Assembly (NCBI GenBank): GCA_002369415.1
Contig: DFEZ01000011.1
Span: 145,410 to 209,409 of the forward strand
Direction: 5' to 3'
Origin: Bacillales bacterium UBA3789
GTDB lineage: Bacteria > Bacillota_I > Bacilli_A > RF39 > UBA660
Length of the DNA: 64,000 nt
Positions 9,905-21,079 of the stretch are shown here, in pieces (positions within the stretch are counted from its first letter, which is position 1; each line of letters starts with the position of its first letter). A program made the translations under genes and the position numbers. The notes under the pieces were generated by a model that did not search any database, had not been told where the DNA came from, and saw nothing but the letters and a program-made list of their open reading frames with translations.

Positions 9905-11185
9905 TTATTTAACCATTTCTCCTATACAATATGGATAATCTACACTAGTAATTTTTACATTAGTAAATTCATTTATTGGAGATTCTCCTTCAAATTTAAC
10001 ATGTAAAAAATTCCCTGTATGACCAATAGATGATCCTTCTTTATGTTCTTCTACTAGTACTTCTACTTCTCTTCCTATAAATTTTTCCATATATTTAATT
10101 TCTAATTCTTCTGATACTTCAATTAGGCGTCTTGCACGATCTTTTTTCTCTTTATTATCAATTTTATTATCTAAAGCAGCTGCACGTGTTCCTTTTCTTT
10201 CACTAAATGGAAATACATGTAATTTAGAGAATTCTATTTCTCTGCAAGTAGCAATTGTTGTTTGAAATAATTCTTCAGTTTCTCCTGGAAAACCAACAAT
10301 TACATCAGTACTTATAGATATTTCTGGACGAATACTTCTAATTTCTTTAATTTTATTTTTAAAGTAATCTAAATCATATTTTCTATTCATTGCTTTTAAT
10401 ATTTCATTAGATCCAGCTTGAATAGGAATGTGTAAGTGATCTACTATTACTTTAGATTTCTTTAATAAGTTAAGAACTTCATCATTTAATTCAGTACATT
10501 CAATTGATGATATTCTTAATCTTTCTAATCCTTTTATTTCTACTAGTTTATTTAATAAATCAGAAAAACTTGTATCTAAGTCTACCCCATAACTTCCTGT
10601 ATGTATTCCAGTTAATACTACTTCTTTATAGCCATTATTTACTAAGTCAGTAATTTCTTTTATTACTTTATCTTCATCCTTACTTCTACATTTTCCTCTT
10701 GCGAATGGAATAATACAATAACTACAGAAGTTATCGCAACCATCTTGTATTTTTACAAAAGCTCTAGTTCTACCAGGAAACTCATTAATATACATATCTT
10801 CAAATTCATCTAGACGTTTGTCATATAAATCAATAATTTGTTCTTTGTTTCTTAGATAGTCCAGTATAAGGTTTACTATTTTAGATTTATCTTTATTAGC
10901 TAGAATAATATCTAGACCTTGTTCATTATAATCTTTATTTGTTGCGATAAAACATCCCATTGCTACTACACATGCATTTGGATTTCTATTAATAGCTTGT
11001 CTTATCATTTTTCTTGATTTAGAGTCACTATTATTAGTTACAGTACATGTATTTATTATATATACATCACATATTTCATTAAAATCTTTTATTTCAAAGC
11101 CTGCTTTTTTTAGTTCATTAATTACATATTCACTTTCATATGTATTAACTTTGCAACCTAAAGTACATATACCAACACTTTTCAT
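9905..11185 (-). CDS. mtaB: tRNA methylthiotransferase (radical-SAM MTTase, MtaB/MiaB family)
   Basis: N-terminal MTTase Cys triad (C..C..C), radical-SAM CDNFCSYC, TRAM-like C-terminus. Start placed at ATG 11185 (MKSVGICTLGCKVN), which has a GGGTGA RBS, rather than the track's GTG at 11194. Confidence 0.8.
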   Translation of the reverse strand: MKSVGICTLGCKVNTYESEYVINELKKAGFEIKDFNEICDVYIINTCTVTNNSDSKSRKMIRQAINRNPNACVVAMGCFIATNKDYNEQGLDIILANKDKSKIVNLILDYLRNKEQIIDLYDKRLDEFEDMYINEFPGRTRAFVKIQDGCDNFCSYCIIPFARGKCRSKDEDKVIKEITDLVNNGYKEVVLTGIHTGSYGVDLDTSFSDLLNKLVEIKGLERLRISSIECTELNDEVLNLLKKSKVIVDHLHIPIQAGSNEILKAMNRKYDLDYFKNKIKEIRSIRPEISISTDVIVGFPGETEELFQTTIATCREIEFSKLHVFPFSERKGTRAAALDNKIDNKEKKDRARRLIEVSEELEIKYMEKFIGREVEVLVEEHKEGSSIGHTGNFLHVKFEGESPINEFTNVKITSVDYPYCIGEMVK

Positions 11186-11242
11186 TCTGATCACCCTTTT
11201 TCAAATACGTTCATATTATAACATATTTAATTATATTAATCT

Positions 11243-11268
11243 ATAAAAAAACTCGATTGCTCGAGTTA
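11243..11268 (-). terminator. Intrinsic terminator (AACTCGA-ttgc-TCGAGTT + T-run on minus strand)
   Basis: GC-containing 7-bp stem overlapping the stop codon of the upstream gene. Confidence 0.55.
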
Positions 11269-12231
11269 ATTCAATTTACTTTGTAATTCTTTCAGTGACA
11301 TTAAGAATTCATTTGTCTTCTTAACTTCTTCATCTAATTTTTCATAATTAGCTGTATTTTCTAATTCTATTGTCTCTGCTTGTTCTTCTTTATTTTCTAT
11401 TCCAAATATTGGTGAAATAATTGGACTAGAATGGAACTTAGTATTTTCTTCTGCTTCAATCTTAACACCAGATGCTTCTTCAAATTCTTTTGTATCTTCT
11501 AGTTCCTTTTCAGGTACTACTTTATCTATCTTGAATGATTCAACTATATTTTCAACTTTCTTATTCATTTTAGCTTCTAAATCACTTAAAGATATTGGTT
11601 CATTACCTTCATCTTGATATTGAGTTATTTCATTTTGAGCATACATATCTTTTGCTTTAGTTACTAATTCTTGTAGAGAAATAATAGCATTTTCTTCTTG
11701 TTCTGTTTCATAGTTAGTTAATGCGATATTTTCAATATTTTCTTGTTCTTGCTCTCTTTTTAATGCTTCAGTAATCTTCTTTAATTCTAGTTTAGCAGTT
11801 TCTTGATCTGGTTCAATAGTAGTATATTGTAATTCTTCTTCTTGTTTTTCTTCTGGTTCTTCTTTTTCTTCACTTACTTCTATATCATCAAATACAAGTG
11901 GTTTTTCTACTGTCTCTTCTGGTAGTTTTACCTCTACTGGATCAACTCTAAACTCTTGAGTATTTTCAAGCATTTCTAAAACGCTAGAAGACTCTTCAAT
12001 TGGTTCTAGAACTGGAACATCATAATTTACTTCTTCTACTCTTTCTTCAGGTTCTATTTCTTGTATTTCTTCTACTAATTTATTTAATTCTTTTGTATTA
12101 TGTCTCTTTCTTAGTTTATCATTATTAACTTCAACAATATATACAATTATACATGCGAGGCATGCTAAGCTAGCTACGATATAAACAATTATACTTTGAC
12201 TAGATGTTAAAAATTCTATTAAATCGTTCAT
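11266..12231 (-). CDS. Hypothetical acidic (Glu-rich) membrane-anchored protein
   Basis: N-terminal TM (IVYIVASLACLACIIVYIV), then a highly acidic, low-complexity region with E/K-rich coiled-coil character. Confidence 0.45.
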   Translation of the reverse strand: MNDLIEFLTSSQSIIVYIVASLACLACIIVYIVEVNNDKLRKRHNTKELNKLVEEIQEIEPEERVEEVNYDVPVLEPIEESSSVLEMLENTQEFRVDPVEVKLPEETVEKPLVFDDIEVSEEKEEPEEKQEEELQYTTIEPDQETAKLELKKITEALKREQEQENIENIALTNYETEQEENAIISLQELVTKAKDMYAQNEITQYQDEGNEPISLSDLEAKMNKKVENIVESFKIDKVVPEKELEDTKEFEEASGVKIEAEENTKFHSSPIISPIFGIENKEEQAETIELENTANYEKLDEEVKKTNEFLMSLKELQSKLN

Positions 12232-12431
12232 TTATGTCACCTCTTACCATTATAATTTTATCACACTATTTAAATCTGTTGTTGTTATAAATCTACTAAA
12301 TATTCTTTTTTTTAGATTTTTTACAAATCTTTACTTTTAGTCAATTACCTTAACTAATAAAATCATAACACAATTTTCTATTTAATAACAATACTTTTAA
12401 AGAAAAAAAGGAGATGATAAACAAACTCCTC

Positions 12432-14459
12432 TTAATTGTATATTATTAGTTCATGCTGACATCTAGTACATGCTACATATAATAAGTTTCTTTCATTCTT
12501 CTTATAAGTGTTCTTTCTATCATTATAGATAATTACACTATCAAATTCTAATCCTTTAGATACATATGCTGGTATAATTATTAATTTCTTATTAAAGAAC
12601 TTACTATTAGCATCTACTAGTGAAATATCTATTTCATCTTTAATTAAATTATATATTTCTTCTGCTTCTCTATCATCTTTTGTAATTAAAGCAGTAGACT
12701 TATATTCTTTTTGTAGATAATTGATATCTTCTACTAGTCTTTCCTTTAAATCAGTTACTCCTTTTCTTACAATAACTGGTTTATTATTATCTTTTCTAAT
12801 TGCATTAGAGTGTTTTAGATTTAATATCTTATTTGTATAATTAATTATTTCTGGAGATGATCTATATGTTTTTAATAATTCAATATATTTAGTATCTCCT
12901 TTAAATAAGTCTTTTAAATCTTCTAATGAATTATAGTGATAATATGGATTTATATTTTGATTAATATCTCCTAAGATTGTAAAGTCTGCTTTTCTAAATA
13001 TTTTATTAATAATTATATATTGCAATCTATTATAATCTTGTGCTTCATCTATTACTACTTGTTTAATATTACCTTCATATAAGAATCCTTCTAGAGAACC
13101 TTTAATATAAGCATATATAAGAGCATCTTCATAGCTTATAGAATCTTTATTTACATAACTAGCAGCTTCTTTTTCAGTCATTTTAAAACTACAATAGGGA
13201 CTTGTAAAGAAGTCTATAAAGATCTGTTTATAATCCTTTTTGAAGTTCGCATTCTTATACATTAACTTTGAGAAGGTTTTAGTTTTTTTACTACTACCTT
13301 TATAGAAATTAGAACTTAGTTTATCTGCCATTTCATCTAATCTTTCAAATAATGGTAGATTCTTATATCTATTATGTAACATTTCATTTAAATCATCTTT
13401 TAATACTATGTTATTTTCTTCTCTAAAGTCATTTATAAATTGACAATTACCTATATAGTTTTCTAAGTATTCGTCTATATCTTTTATAATCTCATCACTT
13501 TGTTTATATTCTACTAATTCTGGATATGTTTCTTTATAAGAATAATATCTTGATACAAAGTCAGTAAAGCTTTCAATACTTTCAAATTCTGTTAGAAAGC
13601 TCATTAAATAATCTGCGAATGTTGTTTCTAAAGTATTATCTTCTCCTAAAGATGGTAATACTTCAGATATATATTCAGCAAATATATTATTTGGTGAGAA
13701 GATTAATACATTATTACTATTTAAGTTTTTTAATCTATATAATAAGAAAGCTATTCTATGTAGAGCAACAGTAGTCTTTCCAGAACCTGCTATTCCTTGT
13801 ACTATTAGATTATTATCTTCTATATTTCTTATTACTTTGTTTTGTTCTTGTTGAATTGTATTAACTACATTTCTCATTCTTTCTGATGATTCTTCTGCAA
13901 GTACTTCTTGTAGTACTTCATCATTTATATTTAGATTATTATCAAATACTCCTAATAGTTTATTATTTTCAATTTTATATTGTCTTTTTCTTTTTAGTTC
14001 TCCTTTAAATGTTCCTCCGGGAGCTTCATAACTACATGGACCTATTTCATAATCATAAAACAAACTACATATTGGACTTCTCCAATCATATAAAATATTA
14101 TTTTCATTTTTATCTTTTAAATAAGTTAGTGACATATAAATATTATTAATTTCACCATCATCTGCTTTAAATACTATACTTGCGAAATATGGTTTTTTTC
14201 TAATCTTACATAATCTATCAAAGTATCTTTTCTTTTGAAATACTTTTTCTGCTTCCATTTGAGTAGCAGCCATTACTTGGATAGATTCACCTTCATCAAA
14301 ACTATTAGCATTTTCCCACATCATTTTTTTGAATTCTACTAATTTATCTTGATCATCTTTTACTTCAAATCCTAAATCATCTAAAGTATTTCCTAATAAC
14401 TTGTTTACTTTCTTTAGAATTTGTTCTTCTTTTTTATATTCTGTTTCACTAATTGCCAT
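12432..14459 (-). CDS. helD: UvrD-like DNA helicase, HelD (helicase IV) family
   Basis: Walker A GIAGSGKTTVALHRIAFLL in mid-protein after a long N-terminal domain, UvrD-like motifs (VIDEAQD, TKTYRSS); 675 aa. Confidence 0.65.
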   Translation of the reverse strand: MAISETEYKKEEQILKKVNKLLGNTLDDLGFEVKDDQDKLVEFKKMMWENANSFDEGESIQVMAATQMEAEKVFQKKRYFDRLCKIRKKPYFASIVFKADDGEINNIYMSLTYLKDKNENNILYDWRSPICSLFYDYEIGPCSYEAPGGTFKGELKRKRQYKIENNKLLGVFDNNLNINDEVLQEVLAEESSERMRNVVNTIQQEQNKVIRNIEDNNLIVQGIAGSGKTTVALHRIAFLLYRLKNLNSNNVLIFSPNNIFAEYISEVLPSLGEDNTLETTFADYLMSFLTEFESIESFTDFVSRYYSYKETYPELVEYKQSDEIIKDIDEYLENYIGNCQFINDFREENNIVLKDDLNEMLHNRYKNLPLFERLDEMADKLSSNFYKGSSKKTKTFSKLMYKNANFKKDYKQIFIDFFTSPYCSFKMTEKEAASYVNKDSISYEDALIYAYIKGSLEGFLYEGNIKQVVIDEAQDYNRLQYIIINKIFRKADFTILGDINQNINPYYHYNSLEDLKDLFKGDTKYIELLKTYRSSPEIINYTNKILNLKHSNAIRKDNNKPVIVRKGVTDLKERLVEDINYLQKEYKSTALITKDDREAEEIYNLIKDEIDISLVDANSKFFNKKLIIIPAYVSKGLEFDSVIIYNDRKNTYKKNERNLLYVACTRCQHELIIYN

Positions 14460-14558
14460 CTTATCACCAACTTTACGTACATTATAAATATATCATAAAA
14501 TAAGATAATTCTTAGTAAAAAGAGTTAAATTTAACGTAAAATAAAAGGATAGTTTTCA

Positions 14559-15248
14559 CTATCCTAATAACAATGTTACTAAATCAAGAGAAATTAATAT
14601 TAATATAACTATCCATGATGCTTTACTTATTTCAATTCTTTTGAAATCTTTAAATATATAATCTTCTTTTTTGTAGTCTTTTGTCTCTTTTAATTTTAAG
14701 AATATACTTTTTCTTTTACTTAGATCTTCATTTGAAATAAGTACAAATTCATCTGGTTCACCTGATTCACTATAAGTTACATTCTTAATTCTTAATATAT
14801 AGAAGAACATTACTAAGTCCATTGATGCGCCCATTATATTTAATACTGATAACCATGTTAATACTGGTATGTTAAATACTATACCTATTACATAGGTTAT
14901 TACTCCTATTACCATAAATGGCATTTGAAGAGAAATTAGTATATTCTTTTTAGTTAGTTCTTGATATGACATACAATAGAATATTCCTTTTTCTAAGGCA
15001 GCACCTAACTTAATATTCTTTAGTTTAGAACCTGCAAGAACAAATCCTACTCCATGTAATAATTCATGTAGAAAGAAATATCCTACTAATAAACATAATA
15101 AGAATGGTGTTTGATATGCCTTAAATAATGTTGCTCCATCTATTAACGTTGTTACAAAAACTAGAAGTAAGAATACAACAATACTAAATATACTAGCAGT
15201 TGTTATATTCATTTTAAATACATAGGCTTTTTTATTAGAGGTTTTCAT
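14559..15248 (-). CDS. Membrane protein with HExxH motif (DUF3267-like putative zincin peptidase)
   Basis: HELLHGVGFVLAG motif sits between TM helices; 229 aa. Confidence 0.45.
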   Translation of the reverse strand: MKTSNKKAYVFKMNITTASIFSIVVFLLLVFVTTLIDGATLFKAYQTPFLLCLLVGYFFLHELLHGVGFVLAGSKLKNIKLGAALEKGIFYCMSYQELTKKNILISLQMPFMVIGVITYVIGIVFNIPVLTWLSVLNIMGASMDLVMFFYILRIKNVTYSESGEPDEFVLISNEDLSKRKSIFLKLKETKDYKKEDYIFKDFKRIEISKASWIVILILISLDLVTLLLG

Positions 15249-16611
15249 TAATAACTCCTATAAATTCATCTTGTAGTTCTTTTAATCTTGCCTCAGTTGA
15301 TGCTTCAAATCTTGCTGTTAAGTTTGGTCCAGTATTACTTGCTCTAACTAATGCCCATCCATCTTTAAATAACACTTTAACTCCATCTATTGTTAAATAA
15401 CTATAGTTCTTTGATTTAGCATATTCTTCTACTTTTTTAACTACACCGAATTTTCTATCATCTGATGATTTAAATTTTATTTCTTCAGTTGAATAATAAT
15501 CATTTAAATCATTTAATAATTGATGTAGATTTTTATCAGTAAATGATAAAATTTCTAATAGTCTTAATCCTGCATATAGTCCACTATCAAATCCTGGCCA
15601 TCTATCTCTAAAGAATACGTGTCCAGATAATTCTCCTCCAAATGGAAGATCCATATCTCTTACTGCTGCCTTAATATAACTATTTCCTGTTCTATATGTA
15701 ATTACTTTTCCTCCAGCTGCTTCTATAGCATCTGTTAATGTCTTAGAACATTTTACATCTACTAAGAATTCTTTCTTAGGAACTTTATTAATAATATCTC
15801 TTATAATTACAATCATATAGATATCTATTGGGATAAACATTCCTGTTGGAGAAATAATACCAATTCTATCTCCATCTCCATCAAATGCAATACCAATATC
15901 TGCTTTTTCTTCTAGAACTTTATCTTTTAATTGTTTTAGATTATCTTCTACAAATGGATCTGGATGGTGACTTGGGAAGTGTCCATCACTTTCTTCATTT
16001 ATAAATACTAAATCTATTGGGAATAATTCATAAATCTTTCTCGCAATAATTCCAGTTGTTCCATTTCCTGGATCTATTACTGCTTTTACTCTTCTTTCTC
16101 CAAAGTGAAGATTTGTTTTAAATAATTCTATATAATCATTTGTAATATCATATTTATATAATTTACCTTTACCTTTATTAAATATACCTTTTCTTATGAA
16201 TGCTAAGAAATCTTGAATTTCTTGTCCTTTACAGTTACCACTTTCATCAAAGGCAAATTTAAATCCATTATCGTCTTTTGGATTATGTGAAGCTGTTACC
16301 ATTACTCCACTACAAATATTTAATTTAATACATGCATAGTAATACATTGGTGTTGTACATAAGCCTATTGAAATTACATCTATTCCTGTTTCTCTTATAC
16401 CTGTAATTAATGCTGCATATAGTGATTCACTACTTAACCTATTATCATGTCCTACAACACATTTTTGTTTTCCAATATTCTTTATATGACTACCGAATCC
16501 TAAACCAATTGTATAAGCAGTACTTTCATCTAATTCTGTTGGATATATACCTCTTATATCATACCCTCTAAATATATTTGAATTTATATTTTTCTTATAT
16601 ATGTAATCCAT
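15235..16611 (-). CDS. Phosphoglucomutase/phosphomannomutase family alpha-D-phosphohexomutase
   Basis: Active-site TASHNPKDDNGFK phospho-Ser loop, GIAFDGDGDR metal-binding loop, GELSGH sugar-binding loop. Confidence 0.85.
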   Translation of the reverse strand: MDYIYKKNINSNIFRGYDIRGIYPTELDESTAYTIGLGFGSHIKNIGKQKCVVGHDNRLSSESLYAALITGIRETGIDVISIGLCTTPMYYYACIKLNICSGVMVTASHNPKDDNGFKFAFDESGNCKGQEIQDFLAFIRKGIFNKGKGKLYKYDITNDYIELFKTNLHFGERRVKAVIDPGNGTTGIIARKIYELFPIDLVFINEESDGHFPSHHPDPFVEDNLKQLKDKVLEEKADIGIAFDGDGDRIGIISPTGMFIPIDIYMIVIIRDIINKVPKKEFLVDVKCSKTLTDAIEAAGGKVITYRTGNSYIKAAVRDMDLPFGGELSGHVFFRDRWPGFDSGLYAGLRLLEILSFTDKNLHQLLNDLNDYYSTEEIKFKSSDDRKFGVVKKVEEYAKSKNYSYLTIDGVKVLFKDGWALVRASNTGPNLTARFEASTEARLKELQDEFIGVINENL

Positions 16612-16677
16612 ATCTTATCCTCCTATTATTAATTCTATCATAAAAACAATAAAAAAAGAACTAAAAGTTCTTTCTTA

Positions 16678-17529
16678 TTAATTTGTTATTTCAGTAAAAT
16701 AATAATTATTACTATTATCAAGTTTAAAATTAAATCTAAAGTGTTCAAATTCTTTGTAATTGTCTTCTGTCATAAATTTATTACCTAAAGTAAAGTCATC
16801 TATATCTATTCTATTATTTAAATTGAAATCTTTATATGCAGCATAACCACTATCTTCTTCTTGTACATATCCAAAATATACATCTACATAAGCTATATCT
16901 TCTAATTTCCTATAATTTGTTTTATAGACATATACTGATACATTTGATGTTCCGCCACAAGTTGGATCTAGAGCATAAAATAATTTATTATTATCATCAT
17001 AATAATATCCGAAACAACCCTTTACATCTTCTAGAGTGTATTCTATATCTCCAAATAGTATTTTAAAGTACTTTTCTACTTCACTTGAATTTATTTGTTT
17101 TACTGAGTCTATTCCCATAAATCTAATAGTTGAATCTACATCTTCTATTCCTGTTACTTTAATTTTTTGAGGTGAGAATTTACCTCCATAGTTTAGAAAA
17201 TCTAGAATTATTCTTAATCTTGTTTCATTATCTAGATTATTAAAGATATCTCCTCTTTCTGATGTATCTCCTCTTCTTAGATCATATGCACTAATATAAT
17301 CTGTTTTTATTTCTCTTCCATATAATAAGTAATCTATTTTATTAGATAGATCTCTTTTTACACTTGTATCATTTATATCTACTTCTATTTTTAGTTCACT
17401 TTGAGCCTTTCTAATGATCTTAGATGGAATCTCTCTATTTTTAGATATATATATACATGCACATATACATATTATAAATATAATAATTGAAAATACTAGA
17501 GCACCTTTTCCTTTACTTTCTTTCATCAT
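16678..17529 (-). CDS. Hypothetical membrane-anchored protein
   Basis: N-terminal TM (ALVFSIIIFIICICACIYI) plus a 250-aa extracytoplasmic domain. Confidence 0.4.
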   Translation of the reverse strand: MMKESKGKGALVFSIIIFIICICACIYISKNREIPSKIIRKAQSELKIEVDINDTSVKRDLSNKIDYLLYGREIKTDYISAYDLRRGDTSERGDIFNNLDNETRLRIILDFLNYGGKFSPQKIKVTGIEDVDSTIRFMGIDSVKQINSSEVEKYFKILFGDIEYTLEDVKGCFGYYYDDNNKLFYALDPTCGGTSNVSVYVYKTNYRKLEDIAYVDVYFGYVQEEDSGYAAYKDFNLNNRIDIDDFTLGNKFMTEDNYKEFEHFRFNFKLDNSNNYYFTEITN

Positions 17530-18220
17530 TATTAGCCTCCTTTGATACTATGTTTTCAATATCTTTTATATTCTTATTATCTTTTGTAATAGATGGGTAT
17601 GATTTAAATATTCTTCTATATAAGAAACTATGTTTTTTAAAGTTTTCTTTTATTTCTTTCTTTATTGCTTTAGTAGCATCTTTATGAAAATATTCTTGTG
17701 TATTTAATTGTAATTTAATTAATGTATATAAAGTAACCATCATATCTATTATAAATATAATCATTAATACTATACTTATTGTCATTATTGTAGTCTTTGA
17801 TAATGAATCAATAAAACCAAATACTACTGGATTAAATATCTTTAATACAAAGATTGATGCTACTCCAAAACCAATGGCATTTTGTAGGCAGACTCTTCCA
17901 TTAAGATTAAACTTCTTATCATAGTAGTTCCACCATCGTAGTTTAAATATTTTTTCTAATATATAACTTGATAAATATTCAAGTATTGTACAAAATACCA
18001 TACTTAGAATAAATAATGCTAGTAAGTCATTTTCATATTTAGCTAGACCATAATTAATTATTATTCCTCCAAATCCAAAGATTGGTAAATATGGTCCAAT
18101 GAAGAAACCTCTATGTAGAGATATTCTTTTATAATTAATTAGAATACTTACTGTTTCTATTAAGAATCCTAACATCGCGTAAATCATAAAGCGGAGATAA
18201 AAGTATAAAAATCCGTACAT
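17513..18220 (-). CDS. Hypothetical polytopic membrane protein (resembles the DUF1113 'putative ABC-transporter type IV' family)
   Basis: Six hydrophobic helices and a GFLIE motif; family call tentative. Confidence 0.35.
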   Translation of the reverse strand: MYGFLYFYLRFMIYAMLGFLIETVSILINYKRISLHRGFFIGPYLPIFGFGGIIINYGLAKYENDLLALFILSMVFCTILEYLSSYILEKIFKLRWWNYYDKKFNLNGRVCLQNAIGFGVASIFVLKIFNPVVFGFIDSLSKTTIMTISIVLMIIFIIDMMVTLYTLIKLQLNTQEYFHKDATKAIKKEIKENFKKHSFLYRRIFKSYPSITKDNKNIKDIENIVSKEANNDERK

Positions 18221-18279
18221 TATGCATCACCTTATAATTATTATATCAAAAAATAAAAATAATAGATAATCTATTATTT

Positions 18280-18798
18280 TTATATTATATTTTTTAATAC
18301 ACCAAAAGATATTATCATCATAATGATACTTGCCATTACAATACCTATCATTGCAGCTAAGAATGATTTCTTTCTATCCATTTCAAGTACTGCAGCAATT
18401 AGACAACCTGTCCATGCACCTGTTCCAGGAAGTGGAATACCTACAAATAGAACTAATCCTAAGAATCCATATTTTTCTATTTGTCCTTTATGTTTTTCAA
18501 TCTTTTTATCTAACCATTTAGCAACTCCATTTAGTTTTTTACTCTTACTTTTACGCATGAAGTCTAATATTTTAGTTATAAACCATAATATGAATGGTAC
18601 TGGAATAATATTACCAATCATAGTAATTATATAACTTTCTAATGGTTTTAATCCTAATAAAGCTGCAGCAATTAATCCACCTCTTAATTCTAGAATTGGC
18701 ATCAATGAGATTATAAACACTATTAGTTGTTTACCGAAAGGGATATTTTGAAATCCACTCATTACGCTTATTAATCCATTAACTATACTCTCTACCAT
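18280..18798 (-). CDS. Small membrane protein (COG2426-like putative small multidrug export protein)
   Basis: 172 aa with 4 TM segments and an ELRGGLIAA motif; tentative. Confidence 0.35.
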   Translation of the reverse strand: MVESIVNGLISVMSGFQNIPFGKQLIVFIISLMPILELRGGLIAAALLGLKPLESYIITMIGNIIPVPFILWFITKILDFMRKSKSKKLNGVAKWLDKKIEKHKGQIEKYGFLGLVLFVGIPLPGTGAWTGCLIAAVLEMDRKKSFLAAMIGIVMASIIMMIISFGVLKNII

Positions 18799-18809
18799 TT
18801 TTCCTCCTA

Positions 18810-20426
18810 TTAATTCTCAAGTATTGGCATTATTAATGGAACTATATGTTTCTTTCTTGATAAGCATCCTTCAACAAAGTATCCTTCTGGTACATCTTTG
18901 TTATAAGCAATATCAATTATATTTTTACCTTTAGTATTATATATTACATAACTTCCATCTTTAATAATATCAGTTACATATAAAGCAACTAATGTGAAAT
19001 TGTTTGCTTCTGCAACTTTATCTAATACTTCTACATATTGATCTATTTCTTTTTCTATTTCTTCAAAATTCATTGTGAAATATTGTCCTATAGAGAACTT
19101 CTTATCATTAATAGTAAATAATTTATAATCTTGATATAGAACATCTTCTTTACTCATACCTTCTAATGAAGTTCCTGATTTTAATAGATTCATTCCATAT
19201 TCATGATAATCAACTTCTGCTATTCTTGATAGTTCTTCTACTGCTATTCTATCTCTTGAAGTCGCAGTTGGACTTTTTAATATTAATGTATCTGATAAAA
19301 TTCCTGTAAGTAATGCTCCTGCAATCTTCTTTGGAATTTCAATATTTGTTTCTTTAAAGAATGTATATACTATTGTACAAGTTGATCCAACAGCCATATT
19401 TCTAAAGTTAATTGGATTAGTAGTTGTTATACTTCCTAAAGCATGATGATCAAATATTTCTAAAATATCTGCTTCTTCTATTCCATCTACACTTTGTAAT
19501 GGTTCATTATGATCTACTAGTATTACTTTCTTTGGATGTTTTTCAGATAAATCTGTAATTTTTAATAAACCTAAAACATGATTTTTCTTATCTAGCACTG
19601 GGTAATTTGTATGTTTTAATTTATTATTTATATCTATTACATCACTTACAAAATCTGTATCATAAAAACTTGTTGGATTATAAATTCTAATCATTGTTTT
19701 TATGTAGTTTGATAAAGCTACTAATCTTGATACTCGATAAGTATCAAATGATGTTCTTATTATATTAACATTATTTTGTTTTGCTAATTCTACGTGTTCA
19801 TCTTTAATCATAGAGTTACCTGTAAGTATAATTAGTTTTACTCCAGAGTTAACAGCATATTCTATAACACTATGTCTATCTCCTACAATTAAAATATGAT
19901 TTCTTTCTAGATTTACATTAGACATAAATGTTGTACTACGATAAGCAGCAACTATTAATTTACCTACTATATCATTACTACATCTATTTATTTCTTCACC
20001 TTTTAGCACTTTTAAAATATTATCATAAGAAGTGTATAGGTCTTCTACATCTTCATTAATAATCGAATAAGACAAATCTTTAATAGTTACTAATCCTGAG
20101 AATGTTCCATCACTTTTACATACAGGAATACCAGTTAATTCTGATTTTAACATTTCTTGATAACCATCATAAATACTTTCTGTATCCTTGATATAGAATC
20201 CTTTGTGATAATTTACATCTTTTAATTGTAATTTAACATCATTTAAATACTTAGGTTGATCTATATTAAAATAATTCAATGCGTATGTTGATTCTTTATT
20301 TATAGTACCTAATACTCTTGGTTCTGTGTTATCTCCTAATTGATTCTTTAAGTAAGATAATCCTATAGCAGACATAACTGAATCAGAATCTGGTTTTTTG
20401 TGACCAAAAATATAAGTCTTTTTCAT
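18810..20426 (-). CDS. ppaC: CBS-domain-containing manganese-dependent inorganic pyrophosphatase (family II, DHH-CBS-CBS-DHHA2)
   Basis: N-terminal IFGHKKPDSDSV DHH motif, internal CBS pair, C-terminal DHHA2 (GSTCTIV ... LSDTL); 538 aa, typical of CBS-PPases. Confidence 0.8.
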   Translation of the reverse strand: MKKTYIFGHKKPDSDSVMSAIGLSYLKNQLGDNTEPRVLGTINKESTYALNYFNIDQPKYLNDVKLQLKDVNYHKGFYIKDTESIYDGYQEMLKSELTGIPVCKSDGTFSGLVTIKDLSYSIINEDVEDLYTSYDNILKVLKGEEINRCSNDIVGKLIVAAYRSTTFMSNVNLERNHILIVGDRHSVIEYAVNSGVKLIILTGNSMIKDEHVELAKQNNVNIIRTSFDTYRVSRLVALSNYIKTMIRIYNPTSFYDTDFVSDVIDINNKLKHTNYPVLDKKNHVLGLLKITDLSEKHPKKVILVDHNEPLQSVDGIEEADILEIFDHHALGSITTTNPINFRNMAVGSTCTIVYTFFKETNIEIPKKIAGALLTGILSDTLILKSPTATSRDRIAVEELSRIAEVDYHEYGMNLLKSGTSLEGMSKEDVLYQDYKLFTINDKKFSIGQYFTMNFEEIEKEIDQYVEVLDKVAEANNFTLVALYVTDIIKDGSYVIYNTKGKNIIDIAYNKDVPEGYFVEGCLSRKKHIVPLIMPILEN

Positions 20427-20469
20427 TACCCTTCACTTCTTTCTTAAACATTATATCATGTTCTTTTAA

Positions 20470-20493
20470 AATAAAAAAGAGCATTGCTCTTTA
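20470..20493 (-). terminator. Intrinsic terminator (AAAGAGCA-t-TGCTCTTT)
   Basis: Hairpin plus T-run downstream of the HD-domain gene. Confidence 0.55.
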
Positions 20494-20994
20494 GTTTTTG
20501 AATTTTATAAAGCTTATTATTGCCATAGTAATTACATTTGTTGTTCTAGCAAGACTATTTGCTGATGAATAACATCTTTCATAAATAGATGCTATATTAT
20601 CAACTGTATCTACTATCCAGCCCTCTAAATACTTAGGTGGTATAAAAGTAACTGGAAACATATGTCTTAATATTATATCTTTTTGAAATTCATTAATCTT
20701 AAAATAAAATTCTGCATTTTCTGCTGCATATTTAGGATGATGTATTAATCTATCAATACCATTTTCTTTTTCTACTTCATCTAAGAAGAAATCATGTAAT
20801 AATGCAGCAATTGTTGCTTCTTTATAATTTAATCTTAATTTCTTACAAACTTTAAATGTATAATATGCTACTCTTATTGAATGCTCAAGTCTTGTTATAC
20901 CATGATGTTTATATTTACTCATCTCTTGAACTTTTGGATGCATTAAGTATTCATTTATTAAATTGTCAAATTCTTTATCAAAGTACATAAGCAT
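20491..20994 (-). CDS. HD-domain phosphohydrolase
   Basis: H...HD motif: HSIRVAYYTF ... ALLHDF. Confidence 0.6.
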   Translation of the reverse strand: MLMYFDKEFDNLINEYLMHPKVQEMSKYKHHGITRLEHSIRVAYYTFKVCKKLRLNYKEATIAALLHDFFLDEVEKENGIDRLIHHPKYAAENAEFYFKINEFQKDIILRHMFPVTFIPPKYLEGWIVDTVDNIASIYERCYSSANSLARTTNVITMAIISFIKFKN

Positions 20995-21079
20995 TCTCCT
21001 TACATAAATATATTAACATATTATTATGTAAATATGTTGTATAATCGTTGTAAATTTACTATATTTGACAATAAAAGAA

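Noticed and set aside
12400-12434. Possible terminator after the HelD-like gene (AGGAG...CTCCT with 13-nt loop)
   Set aside because: The stem is only 5 bp and uses the same bases that would serve as an SD-like sequence. The T-run is present but the hairpin is weak, so it was left uncalled.
16836-18634. Plus-strand ORFs 16836-17066, 17487-17687, 18323-18634 and 18330-18521
   Set aside because: Antisense to minus-strand membrane-protein genes; composition is typical of spurious AT-rich ORFs (runs of I/L/F/N/Y).
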